This document shows positions 51,382 through 59,874 of a stretch of 64,000 nucleotides of DNA, piece after piece. Made by a program: the position numbers and the translations under genes. The notes under the pieces are model-generated. The model ran no database searches. It was not told the origin of the DNA and saw only the letters and a program-made list of their open reading frames with translations. This stretch comes from Candidatus Krumholzibacteriia bacterium (GTDB lineage: Bacteria; Krumholzibacteriota; Krumholzibacteriia; Krumholzibacteriales; Krumholzibacteriaceae): the NCBI GenBank assembly GCA_963836185.1, contig CAWIIQ010000003.1:384001-448000 (forward strand), read 5' to 3'. Every line of letters starts with the position of its first letter. The stretch's first letter is position 1.

Positions 51382-53037
51382 CTACCGTAGCAGAACCATC
51401 TTTCGTGTCTTTTCGAACTCCCCGGCGGAGAGACGGTAAAAGTAAACGCCGCTGGCCATCGGGCGGCCATCGGTGCCTCGTCCCTCCCAGTTCACCGTGT
51501 GATATCCCGCGGACCTTTGGCCGTTTACCAGGACCTCGACCAGCCGACCGGCAGCGTCGTAGATGCCGAGTGTTACATGTGACGGCGCTGTGAGGCTGAA
51601 CGTGATTTCGGTGACCGGGTTGAACGGATTGGGGAAGTTCTGGTCCAGAGCGGACCGGCGGGGCAGATGGTTCCGTGGATAATCGGCAGTTTCGATCGTG
51701 GCCGATACTGCCGCAAACGCATTCACGATACCACCTGTTGCGGTTAAACCGCTTAGAGCCTGGTGTGGCTCCGCGTTATCGAGTATTAAATCCCGGAGTA
51801 CGACCGGAGGCAGCGTCGGATCGACTGACAGGAGCAGAGCTGCCACACCGCTGACGTGAGCTGTCGCTATCGATGATCCGGAGAACAATTCCCAGCCTCC
51901 GGGGAACGTTGAGAGGATCTCGTCACCAGGCGCCGCGATATGAACTGTCATAGGGCCCCAGTTTGAGCCGTCCTCAACACCCCAATAGCATAGATCGCCA
52001 GTCTGGTCGATCGCAGTTACCGATATCAGGTTGGGTAGAGAATAACAGGCAGGGTAGTACGGGGTGACATCCGTGTCGACATTATCATTTCCAGCCGAAG
52101 CAATGAAAAGGATATCCGGGTGTGCTGCAATCGCGGCTTCTTCGGTTGCAGAGAAGCCGTACCCTCCAAACGACGCATTGATGATACGAGCGCCATTATC
52201 AGATGCATATTGAATTCCCTCGATCTCATGGGAGACAGAACCGCCATCATTTCCGATGAACTTTAATCCCATCAGATTTACACCCCAGTTGATTCCTGCG
52301 GTGCCTGCAGAGTTGTTTCCCTGGGCTCCGATGACACCTGCGACATGGGTTCCGTGATCATCCCGGTAGTCTCCCGGAAACAATTGACTATTGTCATTGT
52401 AAAAATTCCAACCGGCAATATCGTCGACGTATCCATTTAAGTCATCGTCTATTCCGTTGCCGGGTATCTCCCCGGGATTGACCCACATATTGGGATTAAG
52501 ATCTTGATGTGTGACGTCGATACCGCCGTCGAGAATTCCTACGATCACGCTTGGATCGCCGGTCGTCAGGTCCCAGGCTTCCGGTGCGTCGATATCGATA
52601 TCGGAATTATTGTCAAGTGCCCACTGGCTGACGAAATAAGGATCGTCGGGGACCCCTGCCGGCTGGCGGAGATAGTCGGGTTCGACGTAGTCGACTGCCG
52701 GATTGTGGTCCCACGCGTCCAAAAATGACTCGACATCCGACACGGGAACAACAGCTGCGATGACCGGTACACAGGTAAAGACGCGCTTCACCCTGCCACC
52801 CTGCTGCTCGATCGCGAGCACGTCCTGCTGGCCGGGAGCGGAATGGTACCCGATAAGTACTTTTCCCCCGAGATCACGCACGGTCGCCAGGCGCATCTCC
52901 CGGGCGGACCCGTCCTTCCCGGGAGGTTCAGCGTGACCTGCGGCAGGCCACTGGGATAACAGAAGTACAATCACGGATATAAAAATCCAAGTAATGGCAA
53001 ATGGTGTGTTCTTGAAAAACGAAAGATTAAATAACAT
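51382..53037 (-). CDS. S8 subtilase with FlgD-Ig/T9SS-like C-terminal domain
   Basis: ILDGG, HGTHVAGVIGA, SAGND, GSSIA; QNFPNPFNP...KMVLLR. Confidence 0.9.
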   Translation of the reverse strand: MLFNLSFFKNTPFAITWIFISVIVLLLSQWPAAGHAEPPGKDGSAREMRLATVRDLGGKVLIGYHSAPGQQDVLAIEQQGGRVKRVFTCVPVIAAVVPVSDVESFLDAWDHNPAVDYVEPDYLRQPAGVPDDPYFVSQWALDNNSDIDIDAPEAWDLTTGDPSVIVGILDGGIDVTHQDLNPNMWVNPGEIPGNGIDDDLNGYVDDIAGWNFYNDNSQLFPGDYRDDHGTHVAGVIGAQGNNSAGTAGINWGVNLMGLKFIGNDGGSVSHEIEGIQYASDNGARIINASFGGYGFSATEEAAIAAHPDILFIASAGNDNVDTDVTPYYPACYSLPNLISVTAIDQTGDLCYWGVEDGSNWGPMTVHIAAPGDEILSTFPGGWELFSGSSIATAHVSGVAALLLSVDPTLPPVVLRDLILDNAEPHQALSGLTATGGIVNAFAAVSATIETADYPRNHLPRRSALDQNFPNPFNPVTEITFSLTAPSHVTLGIYDAAGRLVEVLVNGQRSAGYHTVNWEGRGTDGRPMASGVYFYRLSAGEFEKTRKMVLLR

Positions 53038-53169
53038 TCGAACTCCCCCAGATCCGAAGCAAAGTATCCCGCCGAGTATAACCCGCGCGGCCCCAGTGAT
53101 CCTTGCGATTCAAGCAGATATAAATTATAACATATCCGAATACCTCTCCGGTTAAATTATTGGAATTTA

Positions 53170-53192
53170 GATTCCCTGGCGGCGTCCCACTT
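53170..53192 (+). repeat. attR-like copy of the tRNA-Lys 3' end
   Basis: 22 of 23 nt identical to 32679-32701. Confidence 0.85.
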
Positions 53193-53348
53193 ACACGTAT
53201 TTTCGATATCCCATCCCCGCAAGCTCCAAGGGTCGAATACGCTCTTGAATTACCCTCGGCAGGTGGAGTATCCTCGACTACGGACGATATATCAAAAAGT
53301 TATCAATTCCAGCCGCAGTGGCGGTGTGCGTTCTCCAACGGGGGAAGT

Positions 53349-54020
53349 ATGATGAGGTTTTCGAGACTATTTCTTGTCACTCTGCTCGCTTCACTGACCT
53401 TCAGCTGCACGGAATCGACAGAGCCGCATCCAGTGCCGCGGGTTCTGGCCATCGTCGATGTCATGACACTCAACCATTACGAGTTCGTGCCGGAGGGATT
53501 TACCGGGCTGGCTTTCAGTACATGTACCGATCCCTATATCCCCCTGGTCACTGGAGAGCATACAACTCCATCTGACGTCAACTTCGGGATCGGCGGCGAC
53601 ACCAAATTCATATGGGTGAAGTACAGGGAGCTTCCCGTGAACTCCGATGTGCCGGTGCTGGTCGATATAGAGGTCGCGCACTGGCCCTACTGGCGGCCCT
53701 ATTACCCTGAAGGGTGGGAGCCGGCCGGTCCACTCACGACCGGCACATGGGGTGACTGCTGGCGCAACGGACTCAATGTCAAATACCTGCCGCTCGGTGA
53801 GACAGACACCTACGTATCGACGCTCTGTCTCAGTATCACGGAATCCGGGTATTATAACAGCTGCCCCGATTCGATTCTTACAGATGAAGAATACTGGCCC
53901 CGTGAGATGAGCGGGCTGGATATCCACAGAGGCTGCGGAGACGACTACTATGTCTTTGTTTCCTATTACCGCCCGGCGATTACCCATCCGGACGAATGGG
54001 AATGGAGGCGGGAAAGATGA
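53349..54020 (+). CDS. Lipoprotein with MABP-like (beta-prism) repeats
   Basis: Lipobox TFSC; repeats DVNFGIGGDTKFIWVKY and DIHRGCGDDYYVFVSY. Confidence 0.55.
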   Translation: MMRFSRLFLVTLLASLTFSCTESTEPHPVPRVLAIVDVMTLNHYEFVPEGFTGLAFSTCTDPYIPLVTGEHTTPSDVNFGIGGDTKFIWVKYRELPVNSDVPVLVDIEVAHWPYWRPYYPEGWEPAGPLTTGTWGDCWRNGLNVKYLPLGETDTYVSTLCLSITESGYYNSCPDSILTDEEYWPREMSGLDIHRGCGDDYYVFVSYYRPAITHPDEWEWRRER

Positions 54021-54991
54021 GAAAAACATTCCTGATATTCTTCGGCATGCTGATGATCCTGACGATAAGCTGCTCCCAAGATACGATTATAACCGGAACG
54101 ATGTCTCACGAGGAAGTGAAGGCGGCGATCCTCGAGAGATATGCTCCGAGGATGTGGTTCGCTACGGACGAGATCTATTACGCTTCTTCTGTCGAATGGG
54201 CATACCCGAATCTGAAACGGGTCCTGATCGGGGGCAGATATTGGCTGGTCACAAAATCGCCCCTGCTGGGCGAGTACCTTCTCGAGGGACCGGAATACAA
54301 GGACGTCTACGTGCATCCATACTTCACCGGCGACCTCGAATCAGCTGCCATCTACGCGTTCTGGGTCGAGAAGATGATAGGGCCGGTGGGCAGCAAGGTG
54401 GCCTATGTAGATCTCGTCTACTATGTCTTTTATCCCTACAACGCGGGCAAGAAATGCGGGGGCGTCCGGTACGAGAACCATGTCGGGGACTGGGAGTACC
54501 TGGTCGTGAGGATTCTCAAGGACGATCCGGACAATCCGCTGCAGGTTGCATACTCGGCTCACGATTTCGTCGGTGTATATGAATGGAATGATATAGATAA
54601 GGCCGAGGGGACTCATCCTGTAGCCCACGTGGCGTGGGGATCGCACGGCAACTGGAAGGACGAGGGAGCCCACTATTACAACACGATTGTCTGCGAGCTC
54701 CACGACTATTGCAGCAGGGGTACGGCCTGGGATACGTGGCATCAGGTCAGGGCTTTCGATTTCAATGAGCGCAAGGGACTGGCTGGCGATACATGGCCGG
54801 TATGGATGGGAGAGAATTTTTCTGATCCGGGCAGAGGCAATCCGTACGATCCCGCTGCCGGGGCGGTCTATCGCTGGGGCAATCCTGAAGCTTACTGCTG
54901 GGGTTGGATACTGTACGAAGCCTGCGTGCTGACGACCGGGCCGACCGGCCCGATATCGAAGGGCGTCTTTTATTCAGAGGGGTATGAGTAG
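54017..54991 (+). CDS. Lipoprotein with Vps62/DUF946-like domain
   Basis: Lipobox TISC; YAPRMWF, YYVFYPYNAGK, NHVGDWE, YSAH, HPVAHVAWGSHGN, GPTGP; ATGA coupling to the upstream gene. Confidence 0.7.
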   Translation: MRKTFLIFFGMLMILTISCSQDTIITGTMSHEEVKAAILERYAPRMWFATDEIYYASSVEWAYPNLKRVLIGGRYWLVTKSPLLGEYLLEGPEYKDVYVHPYFTGDLESAAIYAFWVEKMIGPVGSKVAYVDLVYYVFYPYNAGKKCGGVRYENHVGDWEYLVVRILKDDPDNPLQVAYSAHDFVGVYEWNDIDKAEGTHPVAHVAWGSHGNWKDEGAHYYNTIVCELHDYCSRGTAWDTWHQVRAFDFNERKGLAGDTWPVWMGENFSDPGRGNPYDPAAGAVYRWGNPEAYCWGWILYEACVLTTGPTGPISKGVFYSEGYE

Positions 54992-55077
54992 GCCAGCTTC
55001 CGGGGGGGGCAGGTAGAGGTTCCTGGAATCTGGATGTTGCTGCTGATTATTCCCTGAATCTGTGCTAAAATGTCTGC

Positions 55078-56640
55078 ATGAAGCGGCCAAGAATTGCTAC
55101 ATCATTATCTTTCATACTTATCGCCGGATTCTTCTGTGTGAATGCCGGCGCTCAGCAGGTTCCCGCTCCGCACGACACACTCTTTTTGACCGCTTCAATC
55201 CCGTTTGATGGGAGGTACGGCACCGGGATGGCGTACGTATACATGGAGGATTCGCTCGGCGTCCTGGATAACCCGGTCATCGCCGTCGAAGGATTCGACC
55301 TCGACAACAGCTGGGACTGGGACGATCTTTATAACCACCTCAACACGGAGGATCTGCTCGAGACGCTTCGCGACGGCGGATTCGATATCGTGATACTCGA
55401 TTTCACCGACGCGACCGATTACGTCCAGCTCAACAGCTTCGTGCTGGTCGAGCTTATCAAGCAAGTGCAGTCGATGATATTCCCAAACCGCACGATTGCG
55501 GTCGCCGGGGCCAGCATGGGCGGCCTCTGCGCCCGCTATGCGCTGGCGTACATGGAGACGCACGGCATCGAGCACCGCGTGCGAAACTATATCTCGTTCG
55601 ACGCGCCCCACACGGGGGCGAACATCCCGCTGGGAGTCCAGTACTGGCTCGATTTCTTCTCGGGGCTCTCTGACGCTGCGGCTGGTATGCTCGCCAGCCT
55701 GAACCGCCCGGCGGCGCGGCAGATGCTCGTATATCATTATACCGACCCCGCCGGCGCGACGGGAGAGCCCGATCTGCTTCGCGCAGAAATGCTCGCCGAT
55801 TTCGCCGCTGTCGGCGAATACCCGCAGAACCTGCGCAAGGTGGCGATAGCCAACGGCAGCGGCAATATGCTCGGACAGGGATTCGGGCCGGGGGACCAGA
55901 TCATCTCGTACGAGCACGAGGAACTGCTGACGACTATCACCGGCAATGTATGGTCGGTACCTGACGGCGCCGCACAGACCATCTTCGACGGGTATATCAG
56001 GATCATCATCCTGCCGACGTCGATGACGGTGAACGTATCAGGAACTAAACCTTATGACAGTGCGCCGGGAGGCTGGCGAGAATCGATGGCCGACATGGAT
56101 TCGACCGAGGCGCCGTACGGAGATATCGTCGCGCTCCATGAACATCACTGCTTCATCCCTACGGTAAGCGCCCTGGCGATAGATACCGGGGACCTCTTCT
56201 ACAATATCGGGGGAGATGCGGATCTGCTGAGCCACACTCCGTTCGATGAGGTCTATTACCCCGCGGCGAACCAGGACCATGCCTCGGTCACGGCAGAGAA
56301 CAGGCAGTGGTTCCTCGACGAGATACGGCTCGGGGTGACTGACGGATCCCTTCCTCCGCTTGGCGATGTGGTGCTGCACCAGAACTATCCGAATCCGTTC
56401 AATCCGAATACGGTCATCCGGTTCGATCTGCCCCGGCCCGCGTATGTGAGGCTGCGTGTCTATAACGTGAAGGGCGAGCTTGTCTCGACGCTGGTCGATG
56501 GACACTTCGCCGAGGGGAGCCGGGAGATTGCCTGGAACGCCACGGATAGCCGTGGCCGCCGGGTCTCGAGCGGCGTCTACTTCTATCGTCTTGCCGCTGG
56601 CGAACAGGTCCGGACAAGAAAGATGATCCTTCTTCGGTAA
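55078..56640 (+). CDS. Secreted alpha/beta hydrolase (lipase/PGAP1-like) with FlgD-Ig/T9SS-like C-terminal domain
   Basis: EGFD, GASMGG, SFDAPHTGANIPLG; QNYPNPFNP...KMILLR; extended -10 TGCTAAAAT shortly before the ATG. Confidence 0.82.
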   Translation: MKRPRIATSLSFILIAGFFCVNAGAQQVPAPHDTLFLTASIPFDGRYGTGMAYVYMEDSLGVLDNPVIAVEGFDLDNSWDWDDLYNHLNTEDLLETLRDGGFDIVILDFTDATDYVQLNSFVLVELIKQVQSMIFPNRTIAVAGASMGGLCARYALAYMETHGIEHRVRNYISFDAPHTGANIPLGVQYWLDFFSGLSDAAAGMLASLNRPAARQMLVYHYTDPAGATGEPDLLRAEMLADFAAVGEYPQNLRKVAIANGSGNMLGQGFGPGDQIISYEHEELLTTITGNVWSVPDGAAQTIFDGYIRIIILPTSMTVNVSGTKPYDSAPGGWRESMADMDSTEAPYGDIVALHEHHCFIPTVSALAIDTGDLFYNIGGDADLLSHTPFDEVYYPAANQDHASVTAENRQWFLDEIRLGVTDGSLPPLGDVVLHQNYPNPFNPNTVIRFDLPRPAYVRLRVYNVKGELVSTLVDGHFAEGSREIAWNATDSRGRRVSSGVYFYRLAAGEQVRTRKMILLR

Positions 56641-56716
56641 GGGCCTGCCCTCTCTGATTCTTGTGCAAGAGAAAGCTTCCTGTGTGGTATATTCGGTCGG
56701 CGGACTGGAGACTCTC

Positions 56717-59104
56717 ATGATCGGGAAAACATTCTCACATTACACTATAGTCGAGGAGCTCGGGCGCGGCGGGATGGGTATCGTATACAGGGCCGAGGAT
56801 ACCGACCTGAAACGGGACGTCGCCCTCAAATTCCTGCCTGCCGATCTCGACCGTACCCCCGGAGCCAGGGAAAGGTTCGTGCATGAGGCGCGGGCCGCCG
56901 CGTCTCTAAGCCATCCCAATATATGCACGATACATGAGATCGGCGAGTACGAGGGATCTCCCTTTATTTCTATGGAATTTGTCGATGGCGAGAGTCTCAG
57001 GGAGAAGATCGACGCGGGGCTGATCGAGATGGATGACGTGGTTGATATAGCGATAGAGACTGCCGAGGGTCTCGCCGCCGCCCATGAGAAGGGGATCGTA
57101 CACAGGGATATCAAGTCGTCCAACATCATGGTCACCGGCAAGGGAAAGCCCATGATCATGGATTTCGGGCTGGCCAGATCGGCGGAGCGGACCCAACTCA
57201 CGACGGACGGAACCACGCTTGGAACAGCTGCGTATATGTCGCCTGAACAAGCTCAGGGACAGGCGGCCGACCACCGATCGGACATCTGGTCCCTCGGAGT
57301 GGTCCTGTACGAGATGATCACGGGCGGCAAGCCCTTCCAGGGGGATTACGAGCACGCAGTCGTATATTCCATCATCCATACGGAGCCCGATCCACCGGCC
57401 GCCGTTCGGGCAGATATCACGCCGGAGATCGACAGGATAGTCTCCCGCTGTCTGCAGAAGGATCCTGCAGATCGCTATCAGACGGCTTCGGAGCTTGTTT
57501 CAGATCTTAAGAGATTTCAGCGGCAGGTATCGTCAGGGCAATGGTCCGGACGGGTCGAGGAAGCAAAGACACGCGGAAAAGACAGGAGAAGATTTCCCAA
57601 GCCCATGAGTCGTGGTCTCTGGCTCCTGCTGTTTTGTATTCCCGCCGTTGCTTTCCTGATCGCGAGGGTGATCGTCCCTCACTATTTTTCTCCCGAGGTT
57701 TATGATCCGGAGCCTGAAAGAAAAAGACTCGCCGTTCTGCCGTTCGAGAATCTCGGTCCGCCCGGAGAGGAGTATTTCGCAGACGGTATAACCGAGGAAC
57801 TGATAGCGAGGCTTGCAAAGGTCGAGGACCTCGGGGTTATCGCCCGGACCAGTGTAATGCGCTACAAGGACACAGACATGTCTATCGATGAGATCGGGGC
57901 CGAACTGGAAGTAGACTATATCCTCGAGGGGACGGTACGCTGGCAGAAGCTTTCCAATGCGGACAGCCGCGTGCGCATAACACCGCAGCTTATCAGGGTG
58001 TCGGACGAGACGCATCTCTGGGCCGAGGTCTACCAACGGGACATGACAGACATTTTCCTTGTCCAGGAGGAGATAGCCGGCAGGGTCGCAAGCTCCCTCG
58101 GCACGGCCCTTCAGGGTGACGGATCAAAGGGTGTTCTCGCTCCTGTTCCGACAGAAAACACGGATGCATATCACGCCTACCTCGAAGGCCGGTTCTGGTG
58201 GAACAAGCGTTCGCAGGAGGGATTTGACAGGGCGATCGAGTTCTTCGACAAGGCGATCCGCGTCGATCCCGGATACGCGCTGGCATACGCGGCTAAGGCG
58301 GAATGTTATGCGATGTTCGCCATACACCTCGCAAGGCCAGCCGAGTATAACGAGACCGCCCGCGTTGCGGCAAGCAGGGCGCTCGAGCTCGATGATTCCC
58401 TTCCCGAGGCGTACTCCGCTCTCGGGTGGGTATCATTTGTCTACGACTACGATTTTCCTGAAGCCGAGCGACTTTTCCTGAAGGCAATCGATCTCGATCC
58501 GCGTTATGCCACGGCGTATAACTGGTACGGCGTATTGCTTTCGTGCGTCGGCCGTGACGACGAAGCGATAGAGATGATGACCAGGGCCCGGCAGCTCGAT
58601 CCAGCCTCGATGATCATCAACCGTGACCTCGGCTGTGTCCTGTCGTGGGCGGGAAAGCTCGATGAGGCACAAAGCCAGCTCGAGAAGACGCTCGCCATGG
58701 ACCCGGATTTTACTCCGGCACTGGCGCATCTTGGGCGGATCTTCGCGGTCAAGGGGATGTTAACGGAGGCATTCGCCGTCTTCGACAGGCTGAGGGCGAT
58801 AGACAGCGAGTACTTCAATCTCGATATGATGACGTCTTACGCCCACGCCAAAGCCGGGAACAGGGAGGAAAGCCGGAGGATTCTAGACGGCTTGCTCGCT
58901 TTGGCCGATACCCAGAAAGGCAACGCCTTCGAGATAGCGGTTCTTTACGGTGCGCTCAATGAAAACGATTCGGCCTTCGAATGGTTCGATAGGGCCCTGA
59001 AGAACCGTGAGTTCACAATGGTGCTGCTGGACGCTACCATAATGATCGACGAGTTGCGAGAGGACCCGCGGTACGATGAATTGAAAAAGAGAATCGGACT
59101 GTGA
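56717..59104 (+). CDS. Hanks-type Ser/Thr kinase with TM helix, TolB-N/FlgO-like domain and TPRs
   Basis: GRGGMGIVY, VALK, HRDIKSSN, DFGLA, YMSPEQ; LAVLPFENL; TPR helices. Confidence 0.93.
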   Translation: MIGKTFSHYTIVEELGRGGMGIVYRAEDTDLKRDVALKFLPADLDRTPGARERFVHEARAAASLSHPNICTIHEIGEYEGSPFISMEFVDGESLREKIDAGLIEMDDVVDIAIETAEGLAAAHEKGIVHRDIKSSNIMVTGKGKPMIMDFGLARSAERTQLTTDGTTLGTAAYMSPEQAQGQAADHRSDIWSLGVVLYEMITGGKPFQGDYEHAVVYSIIHTEPDPPAAVRADITPEIDRIVSRCLQKDPADRYQTASELVSDLKRFQRQVSSGQWSGRVEEAKTRGKDRRRFPKPMSRGLWLLLFCIPAVAFLIARVIVPHYFSPEVYDPEPERKRLAVLPFENLGPPGEEYFADGITEELIARLAKVEDLGVIARTSVMRYKDTDMSIDEIGAELEVDYILEGTVRWQKLSNADSRVRITPQLIRVSDETHLWAEVYQRDMTDIFLVQEEIAGRVASSLGTALQGDGSKGVLAPVPTENTDAYHAYLEGRFWWNKRSQEGFDRAIEFFDKAIRVDPGYALAYAAKAECYAMFAIHLARPAEYNETARVAASRALELDDSLPEAYSALGWVSFVYDYDFPEAERLFLKAIDLDPRYATAYNWYGVLLSCVGRDDEAIEMMTRARQLDPASMIINRDLGCVLSWAGKLDEAQSQLEKTLAMDPDFTPALAHLGRIFAVKGMLTEAFAVFDRLRAIDSEYFNLDMMTSYAHAKAGNREESRRILDGLLALADTQKGNAFEIAVLYGALNENDSAFEWFDRALKNREFTMVLLDATIMIDELREDPRYDELKKRIGL

Positions 59105-59194
59105 CAATAGAACAAATTGCATTTATTCTCAGCAACACCTGCTGGTATAGCGATTCTTCACCGTTACCGTGCCACAGACAGGGAGATTCATAGG

Positions 59195-59752
59195 ATGCAG
59201 GGAGTAATGGCATTTTTTGTCGGTGTGGGGCTGAGCGCTACATGCGGATTCAGGATATTCGTGCCCCTGCTGGGAATGAGCATCGCCCACCATGCAGGGC
59301 AGATAACCTTGTCTCATGGATTCGAATGGATCGGGTCCTGGCCGGCAACGATCGCTTTCGCTGTCGCGATGGTAGTCGAAGTGATCGCTTATTACATACC
59401 GTGGGTGGATAATCTCCTGGACACGATCGCTACGCCTGCCGCGGTAGTGGCGGGCACGATAACGACCGCTTCGATGATCGGCGATATGTCGCCGATGCTT
59501 CAGTGGCCGCTGGCGATAATCGCTGGAGGCGGCGTGGCCGGCCTGATACAGGGCTCGACCGTTCTTACGCGCGGCACATCATCGGCGACGACTGCTGGAC
59601 TGGGTAATCCGGTCTTATCAACTGGCGAATTTCTGGCCTCGATCGCAGGGACCATTGTCTCTCTTGTTCTGCCGGTCCTCGCTATAATCCTGGTTGCATT
59701 GATTGTGATTTTCGCATTCAGGAGGATTCTCCGCCTCAGGGAATCAGGTTGA
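59195..59752 (+). CDS. DUF4126 membrane protein
   Basis: GLSATCGFRIFVPLL, YYIPWVDNLLD, GLGNPVLST. Confidence 0.8.
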   Translation: MQGVMAFFVGVGLSATCGFRIFVPLLGMSIAHHAGQITLSHGFEWIGSWPATIAFAVAMVVEVIAYYIPWVDNLLDTIATPAAVVAGTITTASMIGDMSPMLQWPLAIIAGGGVAGLIQGSTVLTRGTSSATTAGLGNPVLSTGEFLASIAGTIVSLVLPVLAIILVALIVIFAFRRILRLRESG

Positions 59753-59874
59753 ATGTTCAGCCAAATCTCTTTCGCGTAAGCGTTCCAGTCTGGTATAATC
59801 TCCAGCGTAAAAGCGACTCTTTCTAGACACAGAATATTACAGGCAGTTTCAGGATCTTTACCGATGGGGGAACC

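Noticed and set aside
53160-53348. N-terminal extension of ORF 53160-54020
   Set aside because: It spans the att repeat. The ATG at 53349 has an RBS-like GGGG and gives a proper lipoprotein signal.
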